Assembly: GCA_963978095.1 (NCBI GenBank)
Contig: CAXBQP010000001.1
Coordinates: forward strand, 105,076-169,075
Source of the DNA: an uncultured bacterium
GTDB lineage: Bacteria > Gemmatimonadota > Gemmatimonadetes > Gemmatimonadales > Gemmatimonadaceae
Length of the DNA: 64,000 nt
Direction: 5' to 3'
In this document: piece by piece, positions 1-10,069 of the stretch
How positions within the stretch are numbered: position 1 is the first letter of the stretch
How the letters are laid out: each line of letters begins with the position of its first letter
Translations under genes and position numbers: made by a program
Notes under the pieces: model-generated
Databases searched by the model: none
What the model saw: only the letters and a program-made list of their open reading frames with translations
What the model was told of the DNA's origin: nothing

Positions 1-524
1 ACCGGCGAGTGATGGCGGGCAACGCGACCATCGGTCGGGAGATTCTGGCCGATCTGCCGGACACGGATGCCATCCTGGTGCCCTATGGTAGCGGCGGGTT
101 GGCCTGCGGAATTGCCTGCGCCGTTCGGCTGCTGCGCCCGACCGCACGGATCTTTCCGGTCGAACGCGCCGGCGTCGCCCCCTATGGCGCGGCGCGGGCC
201 GCGGAACGGCCGGTGACGATCCCCTACACCCCGAGCTTCATCGACGGAATGGGCGGCACGACCGTGCTTCCCGAGATGTTCCCGCTCGCCCAGCAGCTGT
301 TGGCTGAGTCGCTCGACGTCACGATCGACGAAGTCGCCAGCGCCGTGCGATGGCTCGCCGAGCGCAATCGCATCGTCGCCGAGGGGGCAGGTGCCGCCCC
401 GGTCGCGGCCGCGTTGCGGCATGCGCGCGCCATCGGGGTTCGTCGCCTCGTCTGTGTCGTGTCCGGCGGCAACATCGACACCCCGACGCTCGCGACCATT
501 CTGGCCGGCACCACACCGTCGTAG
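1..524 (+). CDS. PLP-dependent threonine/serine dehydratase family protein (5'-truncated by window edge)
   Basis: Fold-type II PLP motifs GNATIGREI, VPYGSGGL, AEGAGAA, VVSGGN; frame is open to the window start. Confidence 0.8.
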   Translation, partial: RRVMAGNATIGREILADLPDTDAILVPYGSGGLACGIACAVRLLRPTARIFPVERAGVAPYGAARAAERPVTIPYTPSFIDGMGGTTVLPEMFPLAQQLLAESLDVTIDEVASAVRWLAERNRIVAEGAGAAPVAAALRHARAIGVRRLVCVVSGGNIDTPTLATILAGTTPS

Positions 525-568
525 CGCCTCACCCGCCCCGGTCTCTCGGGGGCGCGGATCTGCCTCCG

Positions 569-1975
569 CTACGGCTTGGCGAGGCGCGTTTTGGTCCAGA
601 TCGCGATCGTCGGGCAGACGACCGCGTTCACCGTGAACTCGGTGGGGATCGAGTTCAACGCCGTGTACGTTTCGATGGCCGCGACGATCTTCACTGGCAA
701 GGCGCGATCCAGATCCCCCGACTCCATCTGCTCGAAGCGCGCGCGATCCACGAAAATGGTCACGCACCCCGCGGTCGTCCCCGCCGCCGAGCGCGTGGAC
801 TCGATCACGCGCCCGGACGCCGAGGACGAGACCTTGAAGCCAGGAAGCTGACGCAGGAGATCGGTGACCAGGATCGGATGCAAATCCTCGATCTCCTTCG
901 GTCCCATGAAGCGGCTCCCCTGCGTCAACCGCTTGCGATCATTGAAACCGACGCGCTCCAATCCCTCGTCGAACTCGCCGGCCACCTTGACGGTGGGCAG
1001 CGCCTGCGCAGCATCGGCCATCGCCACCACGACCTCCGCCACGCGCTTGGGTGAGAGCTCCACCGGAATCGCATACACCGAATAGCCGACTTTGCGTACC
1101 TGCAACATCTGCGTGCCCGACGGTAATCCATCGAGCGCAAAACGACCCTCGGCATCCGTGATTCCGCGCGCCGCCGTACCCGCCACCGTAACCTCGGCCC
1201 CGGCCACTGCCGCACCGGAGCGCGCCGCAACGCGCCCTCGCAGCGCGGAAACGGATGGCCCCGTCCCCACCACGAACCGCACCGCCGCGATGGGCGCACT
1301 CTCCGCCGCATGCTTCACCTGGATCTCGGCTTTGGCCGGCGAGCCGTTGCTCGAGAACGCGACCTCCAGCGAGCCCGCCAATGCATCCGGCAACCCGCAG
1401 ATCGCGAACGCCCCTTTGGCATTCGTCCGCGCCTGCCGCACCCGCTCCGGCGCGGTCGCCCCGTTCGCGGCATCCCGGTACACGAACGACAGGGCCGCGC
1501 CTTCCACCGGCCGGTCGTCGTCCGCGTTGATGACCCGGCCGAACACGATCGTCGGACCAGCGTTCGCAGCGGCACTCCGACTGCAGTTCGTGGCGCGGAA
1601 CTCAGCGAGCGTCGGCGTGGACGCCGATACATCCACGCGCTGCCCCGCGGGGAAATCGATCGGAGGACTGATCACGGCGATCCCCAGCGAGTCGAGGAAG
1701 GGATGCTCGATCGATACTTGAAACTGGCCGGCGGGGACGCTGTCGAGCACGTACTGCCCGCGCATGTTCGTGACCGTTTCGCGAGCGGTGCTCAACACGC
1801 GCACCCGCGCGCCTGCCAATGGGCCGCCTCGCAGGGAATCGCCGATGATTCCGAACATCGTTGCGACCCGACGTCCGGCCGACACGGACGACGGATCCTG
1901 CGCCCCCAGCGCAGCGGACGCGCCAGCAAGCCCCAGTGCGAGCACCACCCATGCCCGACAAATCCGGATGCGCAT
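569..1975 (-). CDS. Secreted protein with repeated carboxypeptidase-regulatory-like domains and C-terminal TonB-plug-like region
   Basis: Signal-peptide-like N-terminus; repeated G-x-V...P-x-x-GA-x-V...T-x-x-x-G-x-F/Y units; ATG overlaps the SDR stop (TGATG). Confidence 0.65.
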   Translation of the reverse strand: MRIRICRAWVVLALGLAGASAALGAQDPSSVSAGRRVATMFGIIGDSLRGGPLAGARVRVLSTARETVTNMRGQYVLDSVPAGQFQVSIEHPFLDSLGIAVISPPIDFPAGQRVDVSASTPTLAEFRATNCSRSAAANAGPTIVFGRVINADDDRPVEGAALSFVYRDAANGATAPERVRQARTNAKGAFAICGLPDALAGSLEVAFSSNGSPAKAEIQVKHAAESAPIAAVRFVVGTGPSVSALRGRVAARSGAAVAGAEVTVAGTAARGITDAEGRFALDGLPSGTQMLQVRKVGYSVYAIPVELSPKRVAEVVVAMADAAQALPTVKVAGEFDEGLERVGFNDRKRLTQGSRFMGPKEIEDLHPILVTDLLRQLPGFKVSSSASGRVIESTRSAAGTTAGCVTIFVDRARFEQMESGDLDRALPVKIVAAIETYTALNSIPTEFTVNAVVCPTIAIWTKTRLAKP

Positions 1976-2766
1976 CAGAGCAGCGTGTTGGTCCACCCGC
2001 CATCGGCGGCGATGGCCTGCCCCGTCACGAAGCCCGCGCGATCGCTCGCCAGAAACGCGATGACGGCGGAGACTTCGTTGGGCTCCCCCAGGCGACGCGC
2101 CGGCGTTTGTGCCGACCAGTTCGCATACACGTCCTCGCGCGTCCCGCCGGTCCGCGCCACGGTGTCGTCCGCGAGTTGCTTGAGGCGATCCGTCGCCGTG
2201 TAGCCTGGAAGTACGGTGTTCGCGGTCACGCCATCCGCCGCAATCTCGTCAGCCAAGGAACGGAAATACCCCGTGACCGCCGCCCGCAGCGTGTTGGAGA
2301 GCGCGAGATTCGTGATCGGCCGCTTCACTGCCATCGAGGTGATGCCGATCACGCGCCCCCACTTGCGAGCGCGCATCCCGGGCACGAAGGCACGACACAG
2401 CTCGACCGCGCTGCGCAACAGGAGCGCGGTCGCCTGGTCCCACTCCGCCCACGAGTGTTGCGTGGCCGGGCCGGGGGTCGGCCCTCCGGTATTCGTGATG
2501 AGAATATCGACGCGACCGTCGAACTGTTCCTGCATCGTCCTCACCACGACGTCGATGCCCGCGGCCGTCGACACATCCGCCGCGATCGTCGCCGCGACGC
2601 CGCCAACGGCGCGGAGCGCCTCCGCAGCGCGCGCGAGCGAGCCGGCATCCCTCGCGCAGATCACGACACGCGCGCCCTCCCGGACCAGATCTTCTGCGGC
2701 GGCAAAGCCGATCCCGCGGCTCCCGCCACACACCAAGGCGACTTTGTCGCGAAGGCCGAGCTCCAT
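1975..2766 (-). CDS. SDR family oxidoreductase (FabG-like)
   Basis: GGSRGIG Rossmann motif, NTGG, S-x3-R atypical active site, PGYTAT; start at MELGL (2766). Confidence 0.85.
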   Translation of the reverse strand: MELGLRDKVALVCGGSRGIGFAAAEDLVREGARVVICARDAGSLARAAEALRAVGGVAATIAADVSTAAGIDVVVRTMQEQFDGRVDILITNTGGPTPGPATQHSWAEWDQATALLLRSAVELCRAFVPGMRARKWGRVIGITSMAVKRPITNLALSNTLRAAVTGYFRSLADEIAADGVTANTVLPGYTATDRLKQLADDTVARTGGTREDVYANWSAQTPARRLGEPNEVSAVIAFLASDRAGFVTGQAIAADGGWTNTLL

Positions 2767-2767
2767 T

Positions 2768-3154
2768 CTACTTCTGCTCGCGGATGTAGGCGTCCGACCC
2801 GTCAAGCCAGTCGGCACGGGGCGGCGTGAAGAAATCGAGATCGAGCGTATCCTCGAGCGCGTGAGCCTCATGCCGCACGTTCCCCGGAATCAGCAACACT
2901 TCTCCCGCCCGCACGTCAACGTACGGCGCGTCGGGTGCCTTGTCCGCGTTCTCCCCCACCCAGAACCGTAGCGCCCCCTCGAGGATGTACGTCACCTGCT
3001 CATTGTGATGCTCATGCGCCTTCACGATCGAGCCCTTCTTGAGGAAGACCTGCGCCACCATCGCGCGGTCGCCGGTCAGCACCTTGCGCGACAGCAACGG
3101 CGTGAGTTGCTCCAGACGAACATCGCTCCACGCGTGATGAGTGGCCTCGGCCAT
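2768..3154 (-). CDS. Cupin domain protein
   Basis: HxHxxEQ...G and IPxxVxH cupin metal motifs. Confidence 0.85.
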   Translation of the reverse strand: MAEATHHAWSDVRLEQLTPLLSRKVLTGDRAMVAQVFLKKGSIVKAHEHHNEQVTYILEGALRFWVGENADKAPDAPYVDVRAGEVLLIPGNVRHEAHALEDTLDLDFFTPPRADWLDGSDAYIREQK

Positions 3155-3196
3155 ACGGTCCTCGAAATCGATGAAGGGTTGTGTTGCGAAAAATAC

Positions 3197-4600
3197 TCAA
3201 CGGCTACCACTGCGCGGCCCCGTGGGACCGCCGCTCGGCCCACCAGGCCGGCGCCCACCACCTCGCCTGCCAGACCCGCCACTGCCGCCGGAACCACCGC
3301 CACTGCGTCCACCACCGGCGCCTGCCCCGGAGCGACCAGATGGGAGACGCCCGCCACCACCGCTCTGTTCACGGCGCTTCGCCTTCTCCGCCGCCCGCGC
3401 CCGCTCCTGCGCCTTCCGGGCACGAATCTCCGCGATACGCTCGGCGAGCGGCACCTCCAGCTTCGCCGCAGGTTTTGCCGTGTAGTCGAAATCCGGTACG
3501 GTCACGCGCGGCAGGCGCTTGCCGATGGCTTTCTCGATGCTCCGCAGATCGTTCTCTTCGTCCGGCGCCACGAACGTGAACGCCTCGCCCGTGAGTTCCG
3601 CACGGGCGGTACGTCCGACGCGATGGATGTAGTCTTCCGGCGCCGCCGGAACGTCGAGATTCACCACATGGCCGAGCGCTTCCACATCGATGCCGCGCGC
3701 GGCGATGTCGGTCGCCACCAGCACCCGATACGTGCCGTCCTTGAACCCGGCGAGCGCTGCGGTGCGAGCACTCTGCGAGCGGTTGCCATGGATGCGCTCG
3801 GCCTTGATGCCGTGCGTGACCAGATACGAGGCGAGCCGATTCGCGCGATGCTTGGTCCGCGTGAAGACCAACGCCTCTTTCATGTCGCCGCGCTTGAGCA
3901 GCTCGAGCAACAGGGCCGACTTCAGCTCGGCCGCCACCGGATAGACCGCCTGCGTGATGCCGACCGCCGGCGCTGACTGGCGTTCCACGTTGATCGTGGC
4001 CGGATTCAGCAACATCTCGCGCGAGAGTTGCGCGATGGCCGGCGGCATGGTGGCACTGAAGAACATCGTCTGCCGCTTGGCGGGAATGTGCCGGAGCACG
4101 CGGCGGATGTCGGGAAGGAAACCCATGTCGAGCATGCGGTCGGCTTCGTCGAGCACCAGGTACTCGAGCTTGTCGAGCTTGGCGTACGGCATTCGGAAAT
4201 GGTCGAGCAGACGCCCCGGCGTCGCGACGAGAATGTCCACGCCACTCCGGAACGCATGCTCCTGCGGCCCCATCCCGACTCCGCCATAGACCGCGGCCGC
4301 CGTGAGCGGAGTGTGCAGCGAAACGTCCTGGATGTTCGCGAGCACCTGCGCCGCGAGTTCTCGCGTCGGGACCAGTACGAGCGCGCGCGTCGCGCCTCGG
4401 GGTCCCGTCATGAGGCGATGGAGGATCGGAAGGGTGAACGCGGCCGTCTTGCCGCTGCCCGTCATGGCGCAGGCGAGCACGTCGCGGCCACCGATCGCCG
4501 GCGGGATGGCATCCTGCTGGATCTGCGTCGGCTTCACATAACCGACTTCCTTGATTCCACGAAGCAAATCGGGGTGCAACGACCACTGGGAGAACGACAA
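3197..4600 (-). CDS. DEAD-box ATP-dependent RNA helicase (RhlE-like)
   Basis: Q-motif, TGSGKT, PTRELA, TPGR, DEAD, SAT, HRVGRTAR; Gly/Arg-rich tail; probable TTG start at 4600 after GGAG. Confidence 0.9.
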   Translation of the reverse strand: MSFSQWSLHPDLLRGIKEVGYVKPTQIQQDAIPPAIGGRDVLACAMTGSGKTAAFTLPILHRLMTGPRGATRALVLVPTRELAAQVLANIQDVSLHTPLTAAAVYGGVGMGPQEHAFRSGVDILVATPGRLLDHFRMPYAKLDKLEYLVLDEADRMLDMGFLPDIRRVLRHIPAKRQTMFFSATMPPAIAQLSREMLLNPATINVERQSAPAVGITQAVYPVAAELKSALLLELLKRGDMKEALVFTRTKHRANRLASYLVTHGIKAERIHGNRSQSARTAALAGFKDGTYRVLVATDIAARGIDVEALGHVVNLDVPAAPEDYIHRVGRTARAELTGEAFTFVAPDEENDLRSIEKAIGKRLPRVTVPDFDYTAKPAAKLEVPLAERIAEIRARKAQERARAAEKAKRREQSGGGGRLPSGRSGAGAGGGRSGGGSGGSGGSGRRGGGRRPGGPSGGPTGPRSGSR

Positions 4601-4883
4601 CGGCAACTCCGGTCCTGGGCGCTGGCTTTCACCGGGAGGGGACCGCGGCGCCGCGCGGAATCCTCCTCCGTGAAGTATAGCCCCGTGCAGTCCTACGGTC
4701 GCGGTGCGCCGCGCGACGGTGGTCCTCCGCGTGGAGCCCCCCCTCCCCGCGTGCGAGACGGCAGAACCTGCTGCATCAGTCCCTCGGATCGTTCGGGAGG
4801 AAACCCTGCCCATCGGATTCCCGCAGGGGAGGGGGCCCATCAGTCGCGCCCAACGTCGACGTTGGGTAGTATTTCGAACGACC

Positions 4884-5597
4884 GTGTCCCATTCGCCTCT
4901 GCCACCCTCCGTCTCCCCCGATCCGGAAATCTCCGGACGACGCCTCCTCGCCGTGACCGAGGAGGAACTGCAACGGCTCGTGCTCGACGTGCACGACGGT
5001 CCGGTGCAGCACATCTTCGCGTCCCTGAGCCAACTCTCGCTCGTCCGCGCGCGGATCGCCGCCGTGCCCGAAGCGCTCGCGGCGGCCGAGCCGGGACTCG
5101 GGCATGCCGTGCACATGCTGGAACTCGCGCTGCTGGACCTGCGCGCCATGCTCACGGCGTTCCACGCCCCGGAGTTCGCCGACAAAGCTGTCGCGGAGAT
5201 CGCCGAGGACATCGTGGTGCATCACGAGACACTGACGGGCGGCACCATCGAACTCCACATCAGTGACGAGGTGTCGGATCGCCCGATTCCCGTCATCGTC
5301 AAGATCGCCCTGTATCGGATCCTGCAAGAAGCGCTCTCCAACATCCGCCGGCATGCCGGCGTGAACGATGGCGTCGTGCGCCTCACGCAGCAGAACGACC
5401 GGTTGCAGGTGCAGATCACCGATGCCGGACGTGGCTTCGACCCGCCACCGCTCGCCGGACCGGACGCCACCGAACGGCAGACCCACATCGGACTCCGCGG
5501 CATGCGCGAACGTGCCGCCATGGTCAACGGCAGCATCGCCGTGCGCTCACGCCGCGGCGAGGGCACGCAGGTCACCGTCACCCTTCCCCTCGCATGA
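4884..5597 (+). CDS. Soluble HisKA_3-type histidine kinase with no evident input domain
   Basis: H-box DVHDGPVQ, N-box QEALSNIRRHA, DAGRGF, GLRGMRER; start uncertain (GTG 4884). Confidence 0.8.
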   Translation: MSHSPLPPSVSPDPEISGRRLLAVTEEELQRLVLDVHDGPVQHIFASLSQLSLVRARIAAVPEALAAAEPGLGHAVHMLELALLDLRAMLTAFHAPEFADKAVAEIAEDIVVHHETLTGGTIELHISDEVSDRPIPVIVKIALYRILQEALSNIRRHAGVNDGVVRLTQQNDRLQVQITDAGRGFDPPPLAGPDATERQTHIGLRGMRERAAMVNGSIAVRSRRGEGTQVTVTLPLA

Positions 5598-6217
5598 CTG
5601 CCCCCGCACCCATTCGCGTCGTCCTGGCGGACGACCATGCGCTCGTTCTCGAGGGACTCCGCAACCTTCTGGCTGCCGAACCGGGCGTCGAGATCCTCGC
5701 CACCGCCACCGACGGCGCCGAAGCGCTGGACGCCGTGCGCCGCTATGCACCGGACGTCCTGATCCTGGATTACCAGATGACGGTCATGGGGGGCATCGCC
5801 TGCCTGCACCGCATCCGCGAAGAACAACTCCCGGTCCGCGTCCTGATGCTCTCCGCCTTCGGTGACGCCCACGCCATGCGCACGGCGGTCGAGGGAGGTG
5901 CCGACGGCTTCGCCCTCAAGACCGATTCACCGATCGCGACCATCGCCGCCATACGGCAGGTCGCCGCGGGACAGCTGGTCTTCCCGCAAGCGGCCCGTCG
6001 GTGGCTCTCCCCTTCAGCGCCGCCGGAAAACGACGCGCTCACCGAACGCGAGGAGAAAGTGCTCGCGCTGGTCGCCGAGGGCGCCGGCAATGCGCATATC
6101 GCCAAGACGCTCCACCTCAGCGAGAGCACGGTAAAGTTCCACCTCCGCAATCTGTTCGCGAAACTCGGCGTGTCCAACCGCACCGAGGCCGCTGCCCGAT
6201 ACCATCGTCGCGGCTGA
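5594..6217 (+). CDS. NarL/LuxR family response regulator
   Basis: REC domain (ADDH, ILD, K) plus LTERE...TVKFHLRNLFAKLGV HTH; ATGA overlap with the kinase. Confidence 0.9.
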   Translation: MTAPAPIRVVLADDHALVLEGLRNLLAAEPGVEILATATDGAEALDAVRRYAPDVLILDYQMTVMGGIACLHRIREEQLPVRVLMLSAFGDAHAMRTAVEGGADGFALKTDSPIATIAAIRQVAAGQLVFPQAARRWLSPSAPPENDALTEREEKVLALVAEGAGNAHIAKTLHLSESTVKFHLRNLFAKLGVSNRTEAAARYHRRG

Positions 6218-6242
6218 CGGACCGCGTCCCGTCAGCGCCCCG

Positions 6243-7070
6243 TCAGCGCCCCGCCCGCGCGGCCAGGAACGGATCCCAGAACCCGGGATCGATGCGCACC
6301 GACAGGATCGCCAGCTCCAACACCGCGAGTGCACAGAGCACCGCGAGCATCGCCGCCTCCTGCCGCGCCGCCTCGGTCGCCGCGATGCGCGAGCGCCGCA
6401 CCAGCATCGCGCTGCCGACCGCGCAACCGGCCATGCCCACGAACACGAACGGCGCGTTGTGAGGCGGACCGAAGAACTGACGCAAATGCGCGAGATGCGG
6501 TGGCAGGAAGTTCCCCGCCGGATTCTCCACACCGAAGAAGACCGCCAACTTCGCGATTTGCTGCATTCCCCAGAACGTGAGCACGCCGTTCGCCCCGGCC
6601 TTGTTCGGGGCCCGAACCACCACGAGGTAGGCCAGCGCGATGCACGCCAGCGCCGTCAGGTCGCTGAAGATCGTCGCGCGGACGGCGAGCAGGGCTGATG
6701 CCCACGAGGGGACGAGGAACGGGGACACCGCATCCGCCGTCGGCGCGATGCCGATGATCCACCCGCCATAGAACGTCACCGACACCCACCCCCAGATGAC
6801 CGCCCCGCCAAGAAAGCTGCGCCGCGCCGACAGCGCACGGGTGTCGTGCCGGCCGCTCCAGATTTCCCAATAGCCGGCACACATGAGCCACGTCGCGGTC
6901 ATCAGCGCGAGAAACCGCGTCGGTGCGCTGCGCTGCATGGCGATGATCAGACCCGTCGCCAACCACCAGAACCCGACGACCGTCCCGATCGCCCGCACGA
7001 AGAGGCTGCGCCCACCGGCCGGTACGACGCCCGAAACCTCATGCGCCGCCCCACGCGCCTCCGTCGTCAC
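6243..7070 (-). CDS. puhE: Putative photosynthetic complex assembly protein PuhE
   Basis: Multi-TM protein with FWWLATGLI, GAVIWGW, AKLAVFFGV..FLPPHLAHL motifs; coupled to bchD. Confidence 0.8.
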   Translation of the reverse strand: MTTEARGAAHEVSGVVPAGGRSLFVRAIGTVVGFWWLATGLIIAMQRSAPTRFLALMTATWLMCAGYWEIWSGRHDTRALSARRSFLGGAVIWGWVSVTFYGGWIIGIAPTADAVSPFLVPSWASALLAVRATIFSDLTALACIALAYLVVVRAPNKAGANGVLTFWGMQQIAKLAVFFGVENPAGNFLPPHLAHLRQFFGPPHNAPFVFVGMAGCAVGSAMLVRRSRIAATEAARQEAAMLAVLCALAVLELAILSVRIDPGFWDPFLAARAGR

Positions 7071-8818
7071 GCCCCCGCCCCCCCGGGCAACACGCCGGAC
7101 CCGCGCACCGCATGGCTGATGGCCCGCGCGTCGCTATTCGGCAACGGCACATACCGCGCGCGCATCGCCTCAGCCAAGGTGGCCGCAAACGCCGAGGGAC
7201 GGGGCGAGGTGTCCAGCAGGATCGCCGGTACGCTCATCGTCGTGAACGCGCGCGCCGACGCCAGCGCATCCTGCTCCGCCAACGGCCGCCCACCACTGCC
7301 ATCGCGCGCGACATTGGCACGCGCATCGGTCAGGAAGACGACCGCCGCCTCCTGACCCGAGCGCCGCGCGAGCAACGCCTGCTCCCGCGCGACATCGATC
7401 GCCGTCGCCAGCGGCGTACCACCGCCACCCGGCAACGCGGCCAAGGCCCGCTTGGCCGCGGCGATCGCACGCGTCGGGGCGAGCAACACGTCTGCCGTCT
7501 TGCCGCGAAACGCGATCAAACTCACCAAATCCCGGCGCGCATACGACTCGCCCAAGAGCAGTTCCACCGCCCCTTTCGCCTCGGCCAACCGGTTCAGCGC
7601 CGACGAACCCGACGCATCGACGACGAATATCACCGTCGTGCCGTTGCGTTCGACATAGCGTCGCAGCCGAAAATCGTCGGGACGTATCTGCAAGCTCGTT
7701 CGTGACGCCGACGGCACCAACCGCCGCCGGACCTCTTGCCAAGGCGCGGCAGCACGGACCGTCTCCAGTACGTCCAGACGTCCCCCGCTCCGCGGATCGC
7801 CGCGTCGGGTCCCCACGCGTCGGCCACGCTGCTGCGTCGCCCGCTCGGCGCCCGCCTTCCCCGAACTCGCCGCGGCCTGGCGATCCCGGCGGTCCTGCAT
7901 CGCGAGCAAGGCCGCGGGCAGCACCGCTGCCATGACCTCCACGGTCAGGTCATCGAGCTCCCGGACGTCGTGGTCCCCCTCCGCCGGCTCCTCCGGTGGC
8001 GTGTCCGCATCGGGCGGCGGCGGGGGCTCTGAAGGAGGGGGCGGGGGCAACGGATCGTCCGCCGGGATCCGTGTCGCGCGTGGCCCGATCACCAGCGCGC
8101 AGGCGAGTTCGAGATCCTCCGGCGACACTCGCGTCCGACCGTCCAGGGCGGCCGCTGCGCGCGCGGCGCGCACGGCGAACACCATCGCCCGCATCGAATC
8201 CACCCCGTGCGCGAGTGCCACCTGTACCACCGCCCCCGGCATCGCGGGGTCCATCGTGACCTGCTTCAGCGCCGCGCGTGCCGTCAGGACCTCGGCGCGC
8301 GTGAGCAGCGCGTCCGACGGTGTGTCGCCGACTATGTGATGAAACGCGAGACGGTCGGCCAGCGCTGCCAGCACGGGCTCGTCGGGCTCCCCTTCGTCGA
8401 TCGCGATCAGGAGCAACTCCGCGGGCGCCCCGGTGCCGAACGATCGCGGCGTCATCACGCGTCCCGAGTCGAGCACCGCCGACAGCCGCGACACGAGCCC
8501 TGACGATGCCCGCTCCGCCATCGGCAGCACCACCACGCCCCCATGCGCCGATGCGAGCACCCCCCGCTCCTCGACCGGCCGCGATGCCGCAAGCGTTGCC
8601 GCCAGATCGAGACCGCCGAGCAAGCGATCATCGCCGATGGTCACGGGCAGCCGTCGCACGGGGGCGCCCTCCGGCAACAACGCGGCCAACAGCGACACCC
8701 ACCGACGCGCATGGTCCGGGGACGGCGCCCGCACCAGGGCACCGCCCAGCCCGACGGGGTCCACCGCCAACAGCGCCGCGACCGTCACGCCGCGCGTGTC
8801 CACATCGTCGCCGCGCAC
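7067..8818 (-). CDS. bchD: Magnesium chelatase subunit D
   Basis: DRLLGGLDL AAA-like N-terminus, Pro/acidic linker, vWA MIDAS DASGS, GGGTPLA. Confidence 0.92.
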   Translation of the reverse strand: MRGDDVDTRGVTVAALLAVDPVGLGGALVRAPSPDHARRWVSLLAALLPEGAPVRRLPVTIGDDRLLGGLDLAATLAASRPVEERGVLASAHGGVVVLPMAERASSGLVSRLSAVLDSGRVMTPRSFGTGAPAELLLIAIDEGEPDEPVLAALADRLAFHHIVGDTPSDALLTRAEVLTARAALKQVTMDPAMPGAVVQVALAHGVDSMRAMVFAVRAARAAAALDGRTRVSPEDLELACALVIGPRATRIPADDPLPPPPPSEPPPPPDADTPPEEPAEGDHDVRELDDLTVEVMAAVLPAALLAMQDRRDRQAAASSGKAGAERATQQRGRRVGTRRGDPRSGGRLDVLETVRAAAPWQEVRRRLVPSASRTSLQIRPDDFRLRRYVERNGTTVIFVVDASGSSALNRLAEAKGAVELLLGESYARRDLVSLIAFRGKTADVLLAPTRAIAAAKRALAALPGGGGTPLATAIDVAREQALLARRSGQEAAVVFLTDARANVARDGSGGRPLAEQDALASARAFTTMSVPAILLDTSPRPSAFAATLAEAMRARYVPLPNSDARAISHAVRGSGVLPGGAGA

Positions 8819-8821
8819 GCG

Positions 8822-9850
8822 CTAGGCGCCGTAGCAGTCCGCGATCGCCCGCAGCACGCGAGCCGTCGAGCCGACATCGTCCAAAGGGTTCCGCCGCAAC
8901 CGATGCCGCAGCGCTTCCGGCGCGATCGCGCGCAGATGCTCCAAGGTCACCTCTTTCTTTCCCTCCAGCGCGGCCCATGCCCGCGACGCCCGGAGCAGGG
9001 AGAGCTCGCCTCGCAGCCCGTCGGTGCCCAGTCGCGTGCACAACTCCGCCGCCCGCGCGAGCACCGCATCGGGCACCGCGACGTCGTGCACGCGCTTCCG
9101 CGCCCGCTCGAGGTGACGGCGGACCTTGCCATCCTCCTCCGCCCACTGCGCCACGAACCCCTCCGGGTCCCGGTCGAAGGCATCGCGACGACGCACCACC
9201 TCGATGCGCTGCGCGACCTCGTTGACCGTGCTCACCTCGCACGACAAGCCGAAGCGATCGAGCAACTGTGGACGCAGATCCCCCTCCTCGGGATTTCCGC
9301 TGCCCACGAGCACGAACCGCGCCGGATGCCGGATCGAGATCCCTTCCCGCTCCACGACGTTCTCCCCGGTCGCGGCCACGTCGAGCAGGAGGTCCACCAG
9401 GTGGTCCTCCAGCAGGTTGATCTCATCCACGTACAGAAACCCGCGATGGGCGCGCGCCAGGAGGCCCGGCTCGAAGGCTTTTTCGCCCCGCGTCAGCGCG
9501 CGCTCCAAATCCAGTGCGCCCACCACCCGATCCTCCGTGGCTCCGAGGGGCAAGTCCACGACCGGCACCGGCACCTTCGACGCCCGGAGGCGCTCGCCGG
9601 CGGCGAGCTGGGCGCGGCAGTCGACGCACGCCGATCCTCCGGCATCCGGCGCACAGCCGTAGCGACACCCCTCGACCACCGCCATCGATGGGAGCAAGGC
9701 CGGCAGCGCGCGCACCACCGTCGACTTCGCCGTGCCACGGTGGCCGAGGATCAGGACGCCACCGATCGCGGGATCCACGGTCGCGAGCAGGATCGCCCGC
9801 TTCATCGCTTCCTGCCCTACGATCGCCGAAAACGGAAAAACCGGTCGCAC
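8822..9850 (-). CDS. bchI: Magnesium chelatase ATPase subunit I
   Basis: [50 protein letters not shown] start at 9850. Confidence 0.95.
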   Translation of the reverse strand: MRPVFPFSAIVGQEAMKRAILLATVDPAIGGVLILGHRGTAKSTVVRALPALLPSMAVVEGCRYGCAPDAGGSACVDCRAQLAAGERLRASKVPVPVVDLPLGATEDRVVGALDLERALTRGEKAFEPGLLARAHRGFLYVDEINLLEDHLVDLLLDVAATGENVVEREGISIRHPARFVLVGSGNPEEGDLRPQLLDRFGLSCEVSTVNEVAQRIEVVRRRDAFDRDPEGFVAQWAEEDGKVRRHLERARKRVHDVAVPDAVLARAAELCTRLGTDGLRGELSLLRASRAWAALEGKKEVTLEHLRAIAPEALRHRLRRNPLDDVGSTARVLRAIADCYGA

Positions 9851-9920
9851 TGGCCCCTTCCGGTTGAAGTCGAAGTCACAGTCCGTGAGTTGGTGGGTTA
9901 GTCTATAGTTGAGGCGGCGG

Positions 9921-9963
9921 TGTCGCAACATCCTGACACTTTCTTTGTCCCTCTCTCTTGACA
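9921..9963. promoter_or_regulatory. Two PpsR/CrtJ operators (TGT-N12-ACA) 7 bp apart in the bchI/crtF divergent promoter
   Basis: TGTcgcaacatcctgACA 9921-9938 and TGTccctctctcttgACA 9946-9963; TTGACA-17-TAATCT (+, 9958-9986) and TTGCGA-17-TAGACT (-, 9928-9900). Confidence 0.85.
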
Positions 9964-10069
9964 CAACGCGCGCCATGCCCTAATCTCGGTCGAGACTACG
10001 CGGGCCCACGTTCCACGCCCTCCACTCTGCACCTGAGAGTTCTTGACCGCGATGGGCGTCCGGGAGTCG

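Noticed and set aside
4601..5212. Apparent long N-terminal extensions of the helicase and of bchH, bchN, bchM, puhB and the spermidine synthase fusion
   Set aside because: Artefacts of longest-ORF calling; better starts with RBS or stop/start coupling lie downstream
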